Assembly: GCF_964355755.1 (NCBI RefSeq)
Contig: NC_092674.1
Coordinates: 18,662,001-18,726,000, forward strand
From: Antedon mediterranea
Lineage: Eukaryota > Animalia > Echinodermata
Direction of reading: 5' to 3'
DNA: 64,000 bases
Below are positions 25,490 to 39,600 of the stretch, piece by piece; the first letter of the stretch is position 1; each line of letters starts with the position of its first letter. Under the pieces are notes generated by a model, which was not told the DNA's origin, searched no databases, and saw only the letters and a program-made list of their open reading frames with translations. The position numbers and the translations under genes are program-made.

Positions 25490-26926
25490 TTCAAGTAAAC
25501 GAAGCAAACAAATTTGAACAACTTGCGTGAATAATGTCTTCCAAACATACTTGAAATGCCTGGTGGCAAAAGAACAAATTCTAAACAACAGGAAAACTCA
25601 CTATTAGTAATTATGTACATTGGTAATTTAAGAAAGTTATATTTTTTAACTGGAATTTTTTATGATTATTGGGTATAATAATTTGTAAACTTTTCTATAC
25701 ACCAAACAGAAGCATCACTTCTTTCATCCGTTTTTTCAACCACAATTAAATCCCTTTTAATTTAGAGAATGCTTATATTATTATTGTTAAACAAACAGCT
25801 TAACTACAGTGCTCTACAACAAGTATTCTATTAAATTCCAAATGACAAAACTGCAAAATTTACAATATAGTCCCAAATTAATAATTATTATATCTACAAA
25901 CAATTATTGAATAATAAAATAACAAATATAATTCATCACAATATTACCATATTCACATGAATAAGAAAAATAAAATTGAAATCTTTTGTATAAAAGACAA
26001 TTATATATTTCTGAATCATTTCAAATGTTTCTTTTTAAATCTTTTGATTGTTTTTGCTTAACATTTTTGAAATTCTTAATAATTACTAATACAAGTTTTT
26101 ACATTTTGGCTTTGTGATGGTGATTTTTAAATTTTAATTGCAATTTTAAAGTCAAGTGACATTAAAGGGCTGTACAATTATTAAAGTAGGTGATAGGTTC
26201 ATCATTGTGAAAGATGCACTTGTCTCACTCAGATTCAATCCAAATGAAATTGAAATGACTATTTTAAGATTAAATATACAGTACATTATATTGGTTCTGG
26301 AATAGGTAATAGTGAGCTTCCGCATCAAGACGGTAAGCGAAAGGAGACAGTAATGTTTACAATAATATGTAAACTGCCCAGTATACTCTGTTCCATTGGG
26401 ACTACTTTCCGTTACTACAATTTAAAATTCGGTCTGAAAACCAGACAGAGAAAAGTTTACAATGTCATTTTGAAACTTTTCAACAATAAATAAAAAATGG
26501 CCAATCAGTAATAAGTGTTTACATCCTTTTAAATGTTTCTAACCTAAGATCAAGGCTAGCTAACACAGAACCTACTGAACCAAACACTCTCCCCAAGCCC
26601 ATGTTTACAGAAGGAGGCTGTGACTTGTGACTTAAAATCGAAACACATTTAACAACAGGATGGAAAATACAAACGTCATGCTGTTAAATTACCGTCTCTT
26701 TTTTAATATGAAAGCCAACTACTATAAATAGAGTACTGTAGAAGAAACATTGTAAAAACTTGAATGCTTGGAAATGTATTTTGCATTTTAAAGCACAACA
26801 ATCATTTCATTTGTTGTAAATTCCTACTTCTTATTTCTAATGGAAGCCATAGATTGTAAAAGATGTTCATCATTTATTAATTAAACTTTAATAATACTAA
26901 TAGGGACCTCTTTATCATTAATAGTC

Positions 26927-27602
26927 CTCAAAATTTGTTAACTGTTCCCTTTATGTGACCTATTTTAAATCCTATTTTAAGACTTTATGATGAGCTCAAT
27001 GTAATTTGTGTCATTTGATGGATGTAAAAAACATTTTGTTTATATTTAGATAAATGCAACCATATTTTAAAGACTTTTGTATACCTTCTTATATGAAAGT
27101 TTGTTTGTTGAGGGCAATCCCAATCCAGTTGCGGACTTTCCTCTTGGTAACTTATGAACTTCATTGACAATGAATTGCACACCATCTTCAGCATTAATAC
27201 GCTAAACAAAATATAAAACATAACATTGTATTTAAATTGTATTAATGTTTAACACTTCTTCTTCTTCTCAAAATTTGTTAACTGTTCCCTTTATGTGACC
27301 TATTTTAAATCCTATTTTAAGACTTTATGATGAGCTCAATGTAATTTGTGTCATTTGATGGATGTAAAAAACATTTTGTTTATATTTAGATAAATGCAAC
27401 CATATTTTAAAGACTTTTGTATACCTTCTTATATGAAAGTTTGTTTGTTGAGGGCAATCCCAATCCAGTTGCGGACTTTCCTCTTGGTAACTTATGAACT
27501 TCATTGACAATGAATTGCACACCATCTTCAGCATTAATACGCTAAACAAAATATAAAACATAACATTGTATTTAAATTGTATTAATGTTTAACACTTCTT
27601 CT
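26927..27602. repeat. Apparently identical 340-bp tandem duplication covering the RFX stop codon and proximal 3' UTR
   Basis: 26927-27262 matches 27267-27602; the ORF track shows two identical 78-aa ORFs 340 bp apart. Confidence 0.9.
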
Positions 27603-27619
27603 GATTCCTTCTTCCGTTC
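27572..27619 (-). CDS. RFX terminal coding exon ([15 protein letters not shown])
   Basis: TTTCTTAG acceptor, phase 0 matching the CAG|GTGTGT donor. Alternatively the previous exon reads through to a stop at 27707. Confidence 0.6.
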   Translation of the reverse strand, partial: ERKKESEEVLNINTI

Positions 27620-30600
27620 CTAAGAAATAGAGGGTGCTACAACATTTACAAAATAATTGTTCCTAACCACAAAAGAATAAATCAAGTATAACAAATAGGT
27701 TTAGTTTCAAAGGACAATCATTGCACACACCTGTCCTTTGAAAAGGTTATTTGCATCTGCAGGTGATATATTGACTTTGCAAATTTGTCTTGCCTGCCCA
27801 GCCATTGTATTGTAACCTTTTTCAGATTTAGGCTCCATCTTAATCACTTTTGCAGCTACATATGATGGTGTCTTTGACATCATCTCTGGTGGCACAAGTG
27901 CAGTCTTACCAGCAATAACAACTTTCTGAGGATGTGGACTAAGATCATGAAAGTCACAACCTGTTAGGGAAGAACTTTCAAGAGCTTTAACTGATGTCTC
28001 TCTAGATATATCATTTGGATCCTGAATTGTTTCTTCTGATATTGCAGTTGGTAGTTGAGATGTCTTAAAATGAATCAAACTACTGGAGGATTCTTCTTCT
28101 TTATTCTTGAGCTTTGATGTACAACACTGTGTAGACGCTTTGCTGGAAGATCTAGTTGTAACATCAGTTTCATCAACATCTTCTACAATACAAAGGCCAC
28201 TGGTGTTAGGGCTAATATATTCAAAGTCAGTGGCAACTGGTTGTGCTCCAGCACTGTTTAGTTCTGAGTATACAACACTTACTGCCTTCTCCAGCTGTGG
28301 AACACTATATCCTGTTAAACAAATCAACAAGTTAATATTGCACCCACCAAAGAAATAAGTCAATATTTATAGGAAATAGAACACTTTAAACATTTAATTT
28401 TGTTGTTGTTGATTTATACAACCAAGTAAAACTACCTACTTGCTGAATATTCTTCTTCTATTTGGCAATTCATGAGTTGTTGCTCAGCATTAGCCATGCT
28501 AGTTGCTTCAATCCTATACAGCAAGTATTCATTGTACAGCATATGCAATAGATGATATGAACCTGCCATTCATTAACATTTTAAGATTATTTTGACAGTA
28601 CTATCAAAGATAGTAGTATGGGCATGTTTCTGCCATGAAAACAACCGGTTGGTTGGAAGCAGACAAATTTAAAGAGTCTGTTCTCAAAATAATGTTTGTG
28701 TGTTGGAACACCATTTAAGCCAGTCTGTTGCTGTACACCGTCAATTACTTTTTAAAACTACATTCTGCAAACTTTTTATATTATGGCCAAAAATCCTATT
28801 CTCGGAACTAAACCACCCAGTTGGATCAACGTAATGAAGCTAATATAAAAAAGTGAGTGAGTGTGGCCGAGCGGTTAAGACAGTGGAACCGAAATCCATA
28901 GCCATAACATTGGCAAGGGTTCAAGGCTCACTCGCTCCATGGTTCTGGTGGTAGAACAAGTCTTCTCGGATAAGGACTAAAAACCGTAGGTCCAGTGTAC
29001 ATCTGGCTCATGTGCACTTTAAAGAACCTAGTACATCTTTCGAGACGAGTAGGGGGTGTACTAGTTCATTCATACACACACACTGTCGTGGACAGACGTA
29101 TTGGCGCAGTAGTTGGCTGCCGATGTCACAATGGGACCCTTAGTGGAGCAGTAGCCTTCAACTATGAAGTTTGCTCCTTAAAAAAGAAGAAGAAGAGTCT
29201 GCCAGAAGAGACCTCTAAGTCCCCGGAGACTTTTAATTTGATCCACCAGGAATAAGGAAAAAATCCAGTGCAGCCTCCTGGGTTTCCCCCTTTTCAATTC
29301 ACATGATACATGTTGTGTTGCATCACAGTCCATACAGGATTTTACATTATATCGCAATCACTACTAATGCAATTCTTCTGAAATCTTCTGAAACCACACA
29401 TAATTATAAATGCTGTTTTTTATAAAAGGTCATATTTTCACTCGGCTGTCGTCTTGTAAAAATATATATATCTTTGTCACTAAAATATATTAAGTAATAA
29501 TAATAAATAGATTTAACAAATAATAACACTAATAATAATAATAATAATAATAATAGGAATAATAATATAATAATAGATAGATTTATATAGTGCAAATAAA
29601 CGATGTCTCTGCACTCGACAATAAAGAGAAAGAGTGGAAACCAAATAATAGAGAACAAAAACACCAAGCTAGCACCCAAACCGGAGTATGAGGGATACAC
29701 CATCACCACTAACTGTGGATCAGTGTGTAAGTACCCCAGTTAGCATCATTAAAGTCTTGATCTTCTCAGGGATCTGGTGCCTCCTAGCCCAGTCAGAAAA
29801 CAACAACAGACAAGAAAGGTGAACAAAAGCTAAAATAAAAAAGGGATTACAACGATGCGAACAAATAAGTCTGAAGACGCAGCTTGAAAAGGTTGACAGT
29901 TGCAGACCCACGGATATCGACAGGAAGATTGTTCCAGTCATCATTTTAAAATGTTGTTAAGCTGCATTTTGTTTTAGAAGAATTAAACATTATACACTGC
30001 AAATACATACCAAAGCTACTAGCACTTCTTAGAGTATGATCCCGGAGGACTAGCTCAGAAATAGATGATACATACAATAGAAAGTTTTGCATTGACTTCT
30101 CTTCAGTTTCTGATGTCTGAAATGATAAAAAATTTTTCTATTGCAAACCAATCTAGTAAAGTCAATTATAAAACCAACAGCCCGATTTAATTACAGAAGT
30201 GTTGGGTTCTTAAAGAAACTTGCCTTGTCAACAAATGCTTTCATTACTTCATTGATCCAATCAACATGTTGTTCAACTGTTGCTTTTTGCTCTAGCAAAC
30301 CTTCAAACTCTTGAAAATCTTTTTTGAAAAAAAAAAAAACAACCAAAATCAATTTTAGACTGAAAATCCATGTACTGTATGCTGTTCTAAATTGCCTCAA
30401 TGATTATATCCAAAATATATCATAAACCATGAAAAACTCAAATGAAAATTTGGGTTAGAAAAAACAAATTCCTTAAGAATGGTAAACTTACACCCATATA
30501 CTTAAAACAAACTTTAGCCCATGTTGGAACTATGACTTAAACTAAGTTGATTAACTAACAAAACAAAATTTAATATTGACAACACAATTCTTAAACTTTA

Positions 30601-33600
30601 CTATAATTCTATGATTTCTAGTGTCATTTCATTCTGTTCTACAATTTGGTTTAACTCTTAAGTCTAAAAGATCATGCATTATTAAATAAAATAAACAGAA
30701 GGGCGTGTAGGATTACTGCAATGACCATAGATGATATGACATCTACATATGAAAATACTGTGATCTCTATGGTAAAGCGTATCCTATCACAACCTTCTCA
30801 CCCCTCTTCAAAGAATATAATTTTCTTCCATCCTTAAGCCGACTTCAATCCCACCGTGTACGAAAAACCCGTTATTCCAAATCATTTATCCCTAAGTCAA
30901 TTACAGTTTTCAACAACACCGTTACTAGATAATTTGGTTCTGTTTTAGTAATTTACTGTGTTATCTTTTTTGTGCAATTTTGTATGTGTATAATGTTCTT
31001 ATATATTTATTGTTCTTTTTAATAGTGTACAAAAATCAAATTTCCGATGATATGTTTTATTGGACCAAATAAATGCTGTGAGAGCAGCGCATTATTATTA
31101 ACTAAATTTATTCATAAAAGAAGTAGTCAAAGTTTGTAGTCGATTTGATACACATGCATACATGGACATTTCCACTAAACAAAGTTAAGTCAAACTTCAA
31201 CATCTACAAAAAAACATTTCTGACACAATGTAAACATTAAGAAATATTTCTTACAAAAAATGTTGCTAGACTCATTGTTCTTCCTTCATTTAATGATACT
31301 TTTATTGGATATTCTATTTACTGAAATAAGTATTAAAACACATCGTTGTTCATTGTTGAGACGGACGTGTTTAACTGAGCTTCCACTCACCGGTTCTAAC
31401 TACTCTCAAATCTACAATCAAAATCAACTACAATAAATGGTAGGCCTAATTTAAAACCAAGTCATACCACATCGGTGACTTTATTATTATTGTTTTACTA
31501 AATTTTTCTTTGATTTTTGCTTGATCTTATACAACACCTTAAATGATCATGGCCAATGCGGAAGTGTCCACTGGCGGGAAAAATAAATCAGACCAAGATG
31601 GAGGAAAAATTTAACTGAAATTGATAGAAGATGCCATCAAGACACATATTGATAAATCCACTGAAGGTAATCCTGATTTTATTATCAACTTTGCTAAAAA
31701 AGTTGCTAGTCTTGTGAAAGATGAGTTTGAAAATCAATTAAAACAGGAACTTAAACGTTCCTTTACTAATGACGTCATCGATAGCCTTAAATATGACCTA
31801 ATGAGCTATGGATAGGGTTGACGTACTCAAGCGGAAAGTTTGAGACATGAAAGATGCACAGGACAAAGCTGCAGCAGGAGAAATTGCCTGGTCATAATGG
31901 GCCTGGAAGAGAAGCAGGGAGAAAACACGGACACTGGTAAGAAAACTATTCACTACTGACCTAAATGTAGATAAACTCCAAGAAGCCATAGGCTATCAGT
32001 CCACCAAAGAGGCCTGGCTATAGTGAATCCAGAGGGATCATCGTCAAATTCGGTAGCTACAAAAAGCACAACGAAGCCTACAGGGCTAAGCGGAAACTAA
32101 AGGGGAAAAAGTCGGGTAATTAACTATGTGTGTATATATGAAAACCTTACTGCTACCAGGTCTGGACTGTTTAAACACATAAAGAAGGACTATAATGATA
32201 AAACTATTTGGACTCAAGACAGTAGAATTAACATTCTATCTGAGGACAATAGACGTATCGTAGTTACTAAGAAATCAGATCTAAGCAAACTGAAATTGTA
32301 ATTGTATTGTATTATTTATTTTTTGCTTTTAACATTTAGTAGTTATGAACCGGTGTATTCGGTTGCATTCTTTCATTGTCGGTATTTAAAGTGATCTACT
32401 TTTAAAACCTGTAAATATTGCCATTTTATCTTTACATTGTTATTGTTGTTTATTATTATTATTTTGTTTGACATGGTGCTGAGCCATTAGACACTGACCA
32501 TGATATTTTTAACAGCGCAGCACCTACTGTATTGTTCTCATGTTGACATTGACAGGTATTACGAAAAATCTTAGGAATTCCTGTTGTCAAAACAACCTTT
32601 TGTCCATTCTTCACCTTATCACGTGGAGCCTCTCTAAACACCTGGATGAACTGTCAGATTTGCTGCTTGTTTTAGACTGTGATTTTGACATTATCGACTG
32701 TTCTGAAATGTGGCTAAATGATAATAACGCAGCACTGATAGCACTGGATGGGTATCGTCTTTATCGAAAAGATAGAACTGATAGATCTGGTGGTGGTGTT
32801 TGTCTATTTATTAAAGATGAGTTTAATATAAAAATATGTAATGACATTTATATCAATGATGTTAATTCCCAATCATTATTTATTGAAATTGAAGGAAAAT
32901 ACTGTCAGCTGGGAAGAGGCATTATAACAAAACATTGTTAGATAGTCCCCTCTTTTTATTTATATTTATTTATTTTAGGCAAGCCAAGGTTTATGAGCAC
33001 TGTAATTTCCATTAATATATTGGACAATAAATGAATCTGTATCTGTATCTATCGACCACCTGAACATAATTTTAGTGATTTTAACTCATCTCTTGAAACG
33101 ATATTAGAACTTATTAATAGTGAAAATAAGACTTGTTACTTCATAGAAGATTTGAATATAATAAACAAAGTTCACATAAACAGACCCATGAATTTATTAA
33201 CACACTTACCTCAATTGCCTTTACAACACTCATTTTTAATCCCGGCCACTCGAATTACCAATACATCTAATAATCCGACCACCTCAATCATTTACAACAT
33301 TATCACAAATGATACTTCCAATTCAAGTAAAAGTGGAATAATCCTTTCGAACATCACTGATTATTTTCCTATTTTCACTTTTACTCATTATGAAAATAGA
33401 CGAACCAATCATAATGTTCAACAAACGACAAAAGTTATAAACGACAACACTTTAATCTTCTTTCCTCAGTAAACAGAGAGAGAGCTGGAATGATATATTT
33501 ATTTCAAATGATCTCAATGAAGGCTACAGCTTGCTTATTAACAAACTTATTTCACTTATTGAATGAAATGACAAGTTAATCGGAAACCTTGGATTACTAA

Positions 33601-36600
33601 TGGGATCATCAAGTCCATTAATAAAAGAATTGTCTATATAAAAACCTGATCAAAAATCCAAGTGATAACAATAGACAAAAATATACTAAATACAAAAACA
33701 AACTCACTCATTTAAATAGAATTAATAAACGCCATTACTTCAGTCCTCTCGGTGCGGCTAAAAATAACGTTAAGCAGACTTGGAATATTCTTGGTGAGGT
33801 TCTCAGCAGGGGCAAAAGCAAGAAAGCTGTAATACCCCTGACACTGATGACGCTAAATCCACTGCTGAAATCCACTAGCAATATAAACTATCCGACATTT
33901 TTAAAAGTTTAAAATTTTACTAATTCCTTTTTTTTATCCTACCAGCCCAGAAGAAATGATACAACTTGTTAGAGGCATGCAAACCTCCAATACTGAAGGT
34001 GTGGATGGTATAAATAACAGGATCATATTCATTAAACATATTATTTACCCTCTTTCAATTCCGTTATGTTACATTTTCAACCTTGTCTTAGCAATTTAAG
34101 CTACTGTATTTCTATTGTAAGCCGGACTGCTATACCTACTTTATTTATTTATTTACTTTTTTTACTTTATTTTTTTTTTATTTTTTATCCTGTCTGTTAA
34201 ACCCTTTTTGGTGGTCATGACTTAAAGTTGTCCGCAACTTATAATGACCTCCATATGCACATTTGTAATGTTTTTATGTTTATTGTAATTTTTAAGTTAT
34301 GTGTAATTTGTAATTTTTTTTTTTTATGTGTGGAAAAACCAATAAAACAAACAAACAAACCTTTCGCTTGAAAAGGGTATTGTACCTGATATGACAAAGA
34401 TAGCAAGGGTTGTTCCAATTGTTACGTGTGACGATAATCGGGTGTTGCATGCAAATGAATCCAGTCGCCGGTGGTCAAGTAGACGAATCAGAAGGGAGCG
34501 ATGTGATGCGCGGTATTTTGGAAAGTTGTGTTGGGTGTGTGGGACAAGGGAAAGACTGACTCACGAGACGGTACAAGTCGGAGATGGTAGGCTTTCTGGA
34601 TAAGAGAAGACAGTGGATATGGGACTGCCGACTGTGTAATAATGGAATAAAGACTTGCAGTGAACTGTGTTCAAGACTGGAAGAGAGGCAGGACAAAAGA
34701 ATAATGGAAAAGTTGTGATTGAATGTACGGATGGCTAGGCAAACCAAGCACTTGGTATAATTATTATTGTTGTAACATTATAGTCGAATCCCCTAAGTCA
34801 CTCCCTGGTATATTGTGTAGCTAGGCCTAGGTTACTGTAGTTATAGTATACTCTAGCTAACCACATTGTATCACTAATCAAAAAGAAGGGCTAACTAAAC
34901 TATATATAAAAGCAATTTTAAATAAAAGCAGTTTTCACTCCATCATTTATTTTATTATAAGACCATGGGATGGTGGAAGCATTTTTATGCCATGGCAGAT
35001 TATTTCCTAATTCCAACATTTGAAATGAATAAAAACAGTAACACAGTAACCACACAACAAGTATTTATTTTAAAAAGGGTAAATATTAAATAAAATCCTT
35101 TTTATTCAACCTGAATGATACTAATATAATAGATCTCCTACAGACTAGAGAATAGTGCATAATTCAGTTTTATCTGCTATATACTGACTGTACAAAGAAA
35201 CAGGTCTCCTTTGCAAATAATTGTCTTGATTTTTATCTTTCAGAATGATTGTCAGAGAAGAATGCTAAAGTAGAAGCGAGTTGCTTGAACAAAAAATAAA
35301 AAATAAATAATAAAAGTTTGAATAGATTTACTTCTAAACAATTAATTAAACACGGTAGGGTATGTGGGACATAAGACCTTAGCAGGGTAACGTCCTTACC
35401 CCATTAGATGATAAATGAAGCATCTTATTTATATATCTATATATAAATTTACGTAAGGCCAAAATACGGTAAATCGCGCGTTATTTCTAGAATGTTTACT
35501 CGATGGTATATAAAGTTAGTTAGAATCTCGGTACTGATTTTAACCACCTGATGTAACCCTGTTTACTAATTAAATTGAGTTAGATAATTAGTTATTGACG
35601 ATTAAAACGAATTTGGGTTCAACGATTTGCCCCAAATAGGGGTGTTTTCCGATCGTGGTATACACTGTCTTATGGATGTCCTCATGAAAAATATCTGCAC
35701 ACAATAATACGAGGATGCTTCGCATTTTCCTATCTCCTCCTACGATAATTGTTTTTAATAGCTGAAAACCGGTTGAACAGTTCGAGTACAGTATCATAAT
35801 GTTGAAGACAGGCCGATTTTCTTTAAAAAATACTATTTTGATGGATTTAATATACGTTTATACAAATGTATTGATTTGCGATGAATGGAACATTCCAATC
35901 TCTCAGACTCCCAGTTTGTAGGTATATTATGAGCCCTTGGTTTAACACAAGTAGGTTTTATTTATGGGCCCTTGGAGAATAAAACTTATATATAGTATTG
36001 CAATACTTTGACAATATTGTAAATACTGTACGTATTAACCATTTTTGGTCACCATTTGAATCTAAATTGTCTTACTGTGAATGTGGTTACTGTTAGATAT
36101 ATAAACAAAATATACAAAGAACATGTATTACTGTGACTGCGGATAGATTACTGACAGTTGCTTCTCAACGTTTGTATTAATGAATAATTATAAAAAATAT
36201 AAACGTCGTAGTGGTGTATCGTTACATGTACTTTACTATTTCAATCGACTATAACACTACAGGGAAAGTTTTAAAAAAGTATTATAAATCGTAAATGTTT
36301 TACTGGGTATATTATTTTTAGGCCTATAAAACATTTAAAACAATATTTCGTTACTGAGTGGATAGAGAATATATTTAAAAATTGTTCTTCCCTTCCTCTT
36401 CCCCATCCCTCAACTCTAATGTTATATACAAAACACATATTGGGTTTGTTTAAATGAGTTCAAATAAAAAAAAAAAAAGACTCATTTTTAAGACAAGGCC
36501 TTATTCCCAGGGTGCTAATTTTACATAAATCATTGTGTCTATTTATTCGTTTCTGTAAACGACAATATAGTCCTGCGGTACGTACATTTTTTACGCTGAA

Positions 36601-39600
36601 ATTACTCTGTATTTGAGAACCATCTGTGGACACGACCATTTAGTAAAAACAATTAAAGTAAAAAGGCCATAATTGTACTAATAACATGTCTGAATATTGT
36701 GTTGAATTGCCTTTTATTTTAGGTCCTAGTTTAACATCATAACATACTGTAGTTTGATGAGAGTTTTAACTTGTTTTGTTGCAATCCTGAATTCCTATTA
36801 CAATACTGTTGTGTATTTAATGCTACAGTATGTAGCATTTCCCTGCTAACATGTAATTTGCTCACTAGTTTGCATAGTATTAGTGTAGCATTCACCCACT
36901 AGCATCCGAATGCTAGTGTAGCATTCACCCACTAGCATTCGAATGCTAGTGTAGCATTCACCCACTAGCATTCGAATGCTAGTGTAGCATTCACCCACTA
37001 GCATCCGAATGCTAGTGTAGCATTCACCCACTAGCATTCGAATGCTAGTGTAACATTCACCCTACCCACTAGCATTCGAATGCTAGTGTAGCATTCATCC
37101 ACTAGCATTCAAATTCTAGTGTAACATTCACCCTACCCACTTGCATTCGAATGCTAGTGTAGCATTCACCCACTAGCATTCAAATGCTAGAGTAGCATTC
37201 ACCCACTAGCTTTCGAATGCTAGAGTAGCATTCACCCACTAGCTTTCGAATGCTAGAGTAGCATTCACCCAATAGCTTTCGAATGCTAGAGTAGCATTCA
37301 CCCACTAGCATTCGAATGCTAAATTCAGTCATTGAATGCGCTTATATACCACTAGTATTTGAATGCTAAGATATAGCCCTTCGAATGCCAATAATAGCAT
37401 TCCAGGAGTAGCATTCGAATGCTTTGTGAATGGTAAGCGAAGGCATTCAGCTTTGGTAAGGATTGTCGAGATTCGGATATTGTAATTCGTTATTGGTCGG
37501 TATATCCGTTAAAAACATGTTTTGTTAAGATTACAAAGGCTCCGAAACCGAGCTGCTAGATTAATTTTCCAAGTGCAAATGATCTGTGTGTGCTGAACCT
37601 TTACTTAACGAGCTACACTGGTTACCAGTTAAGAGTAGAATTATGTTCAAGGTTATATTGCATGTTTTTAATTGTATTAACAACCGAGCACCAGGTAAAC
37701 GAGGATTTTATTAAGCTCTATAATGGTGGGAGGCGTGGTCTCAGGTCGGAAAATGATCCAACCAGGTTAGAGGACCAGCTTGGAAGGCGTGTCTCAGGCG
37801 ACATTGCTTTCTCCAAATTTGGAGAAAGTTTCTGGAACCCCTGCCAATAGACTTAAGGGAACTAAAATCAATGGATCTATTTTAAAAAGGTCTTAAAACT
37901 TACTTGTTTCCTATAGGCATTAGAATGTGAAGCGTGCCTTGATCAATTTGGAAAGGCGCTATACAAATTATATTATCATTATAATGTACATCAGCTTGAG
38001 CTAAAATTTATATTTAATGCTTAAATTGGACCAGTGCTATACTGTAGCTTAATATTATGGTCATGTTTTTCATAAATATTTGAAAATCATTTAATCAGCG
38101 ATATAGCTGCCTTTGCAGAATAAGAAATCGTTTGCGATTTATTTGAGGAAAATGTCATTTAGTTTAGTGTTTAGTGACTTAAAATTACATTGAACTATGA
38201 CTGTTTGTTTTAAGAGGTGTTTGATTTAAAATGACAGTAAACACATACATTTATCAAGATTTGTAAACTCATTACGATAAGAAATGCTGGAATTAAATGT
38301 TCTGTAAATTTTTTAACAGGCAATGGCTAAAAACAACTATGGCAATAAATATAACCTGAAATAATAATCACCATTAACAAAATAAAAAATGTAGTCTTTC
38401 CTAAAACCAAACCTCTAAAACTCAGAAATTCTCCCAAAACCAGAATTGTATTTTGCTCCAAAAAGGCCCTGAATTCAGACTATTTGGAATGCTTTTCTGC
38501 ATAAACCAATGCTACACTGTACTAGAGTTGGGAGAATTAACTGTACTGCCTTTCATTTAGAATAAATAACACTAAACAATAAACAATATTAATCATTCAT
38601 AGAATGTATCAACATGCTATCAAGGTCAAGTAAACTCATGGCATTGTGTTATTATAACATATGGAAAAATTAGTAGGGAAATAATTATGAATTAGTTAAT
38701 TAGTTTAGTGAGTAGAAATATACATGACCTAATGCCTAGACATTTTTTGTTTGGTTTAAATTTACTTGAAATATGAATGTTTCATCAAGAAATTGTATTC
38801 AATGAAATAAACATTTATTTAAGTTATTCAACTTTGGGTTAAGTATTTAAACCATGTTATCTGTTTATGTTTTGTTAGATTAAAAAAAACTTTCATTTTC
38901 ATCTATTAACAAAACAAAACAAAGTTATAGGATTTAAATTTTTATTATAGAAAATGTTCATTATAATTATATAGCTGGGTTTTAAACATCTTACAGGTAC
39001 TCAATTTAGGCCTGTCCTCTACTATCTTTACATCTACTATTAACCAATCTATCTGTCTTCTTAAATTTTCCAGGTCAGTCTTTTCTTTCCAGTCAGCTTG
39101 CATCATTTTAACTGCCCTGGAATTATCTAGGATGCTCCTTGTAGCCTAAGTCAGCAATTGAGGATGGTCAAAATAGATGAGAGTTAATACTATACAATAT
39201 CATGTACAGTGCCATCCAAAAAACATGTCCCATACCCACGCAGTTTTCAGGGAGGGCAACTAACCTCCACAACCGTGCCACGTACCATATAAATTAAGAT
39301 CAGTCAATAAATTCCTCTATCAAAGTGCAATGCAAATAGATCAAAGAACTTCATTATTAACACCGGTATTTTTAATGGTTGGTAGATGGTTTTCCTTGCG
39401 CAGTCGGGTAGTAAGATTTATACTTAGAATTACATTGATTGTTTCCCTTATAACTTATATAATTCGTAATTTTGTGTATATTTTCTTAATTTGTTGAATT
39501 GTTCAAAAAAAGTTTTTATCTATCTATAAATCATTGGGGGTCTTTTTACTTAACAATTCAACAGTAAGTCCAAAACAGCCTTTACGATAGGCTAATCTAG

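Noticed and set aside
26985-27561. Two identical 78-aa ORFs
   Set aside because: They arise from the 340-bp duplication in the RFX 3' UTR and show no protein features.
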